Shown here piece after piece: positions 62,927 through 64,000 of a stretch of DNA of 64,000 nt. Position 1 is the stretch's first letter. Every line of letters begins with the position of its first letter. The translations under genes were made by a program, and so were the position numbers. Below the pieces are notes generated by a model that was not told where the DNA came from, made no database searches, and saw only the letters and a program-made list of their open reading frames with translations. Source of the DNA: Xylographa opegraphella (lineage: Eukaryota); contig JALDZX010000019.1 in the NCBI GenBank assembly GCA_022813865.1, positions 310,001-374,000 on the forward strand. Direction: 5' to 3'.

Positions 62927-63812
62927 TGGTAAGCGATAAGTAGGGGGCTTCGGGGGTTTATTGACCGATTATTCATGCTTACAAGTAAGATACGTCGTAG
63001 GTTCACGAACTTTGCCATAGTCTCTTAAGTCAAACTTTCGCTGCATTGTTACTGTTCATTCCGAGATACCAGACCGAGTTCCTGAATGACCTCTGGAGTA
63101 CAACCGTTGAAGGCGAGTCCCAGGACTATCCCAGGGCTAAAAATTCTGAGCGGCGGTTGGTTGTCATCTAAGAATAGATTTGAATCCCCGCTGTCTGACA
63201 CTTGAACTCCTCATACACGTAAAGTACCGAAGGTGCGGTATGTAAAGTAGACTGGGGAGTTCGTGGTGATCACCGCCAGTCTCCCGGTTTGATATCGTCG
63301 GAGATACCGAATGCTGGTGTTCCGTATCTCCAGTAACTCCATCGGATTAGACCACTGGTCACTTCAAGGAACTGCCTCACTACTGCTTACCTACCTAGCC
63401 TGAGCTCGATGAGTCAATCAAAGCTTGCTGACAGCCGTCTGCTCACGGAAATAGTCGGACATCCTTCGGACCAAAATTCGGACGAAGAGAGAAAGAGTTG
63501 CGCAACTGGCAGCCTAATCCATGCAGAATGGTCGAAGGCAAGGCAGGTAATTACGATTGGCGCCTAGTCTCGCGTGCGCCCTTGATGTGCCGTTCGTGTC
63601 ATGAAATGCATAGTCGAAGATCATGGTAAGCAGGGCCGACGAAGGATTTGGTTGACGAGGAGGAAGAAGTATATATTCATGCACTACGAGCTCCATTTCC
63701 ATTCTCTGCCAATCCGGCCCTCAGTCATCATCTGCTGCTTCTCTAGGGAATTCCTACCCTCTTCTCGTCGTTCGTTGCCCATTCTCTATTCTTCACGTAT
63801 CTCTCAGTCAAC

Positions 63813-64000
63813 ATGCTCGGCGACGTACTTAAAAAAGATAGCCGTGCCAAGCTAGAGCCAGAGGACAAAGCCTCAACTCGAGCACCCTCGCTCTACAATG
63901 TATCGAAGCCATCCAGCCCGCCTGTGTCACTCGCTTCGTCTGAAAAGCAAGCCGTTCAGCCGCCTTCATCACAAGATAGACCGAAACCGGACACTTCCGA
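63813..64000 (+). CDS. 5' end of a gene truncated by the window edge; hydrophilic N-terminus, possibly of a transporter
   Basis: CAACATG after a CT-rich leader. The frame MLGDVLKKDSRAKLEPEDKASTRAPS... stays open to the end of the window. Confidence 0.55.
   Translation, partial: MLGDVLKKDSRAKLEPEDKASTRAPSLYNVSKPSSPPVSLASSEKQAVQPPSSQDRPKPDTS

Noticed and set aside
63120..63205. tRNA-like 3' string GATTTGAATCCCCGCTGTCTGACA
   Set aside because: T-loop is imperfect and I could not build an acceptor stem, D-arm or A-box.

Overview
Eukaryotic, intron-rich DNA from a filamentous ascomycete (Pezizomycotina; inferred from gene content and short GT-AG introns with CTRAC branch points). About 20 protein-coding genes are supported: GH5 exo-glucanase, a disordered Mto2/Spa18-like protein, Pmp1/Msg5-type MAPK phosphatase, TBC1D5-like RabGAP, an FGDF-motif protein, PAS kinase, Rnc1/Hek2-type KH protein, a 10-intron Zn-ADH, yippee, Sen15, a membrane protein, a P-loop ATPase, an orphan secreted protein, an AflR-like TF, glutaminase GtaA, a hypothetical protein, a BTB-like protein, a GH5_5 endoglucanase with a repeat tail, MSL5/BBP, a tetraspanin, and a Zn2Cys6 TF divergent from a gene truncated at the window end. 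A Ty3/gypsy integrase relic lies near 4.2-4.6 kb. No rRNA, tRNA or CRISPR was found. The most interesting signal is in the gene for branch-point binding protein itself: one intron carries five CTAAC motifs, two frame-disrupting alternative acceptors and a weak productive AAG acceptor, which looks like a splicing autoregulation cassette. All exon boundaries were read by eye and all family calls come from motif recognition, not database searches.
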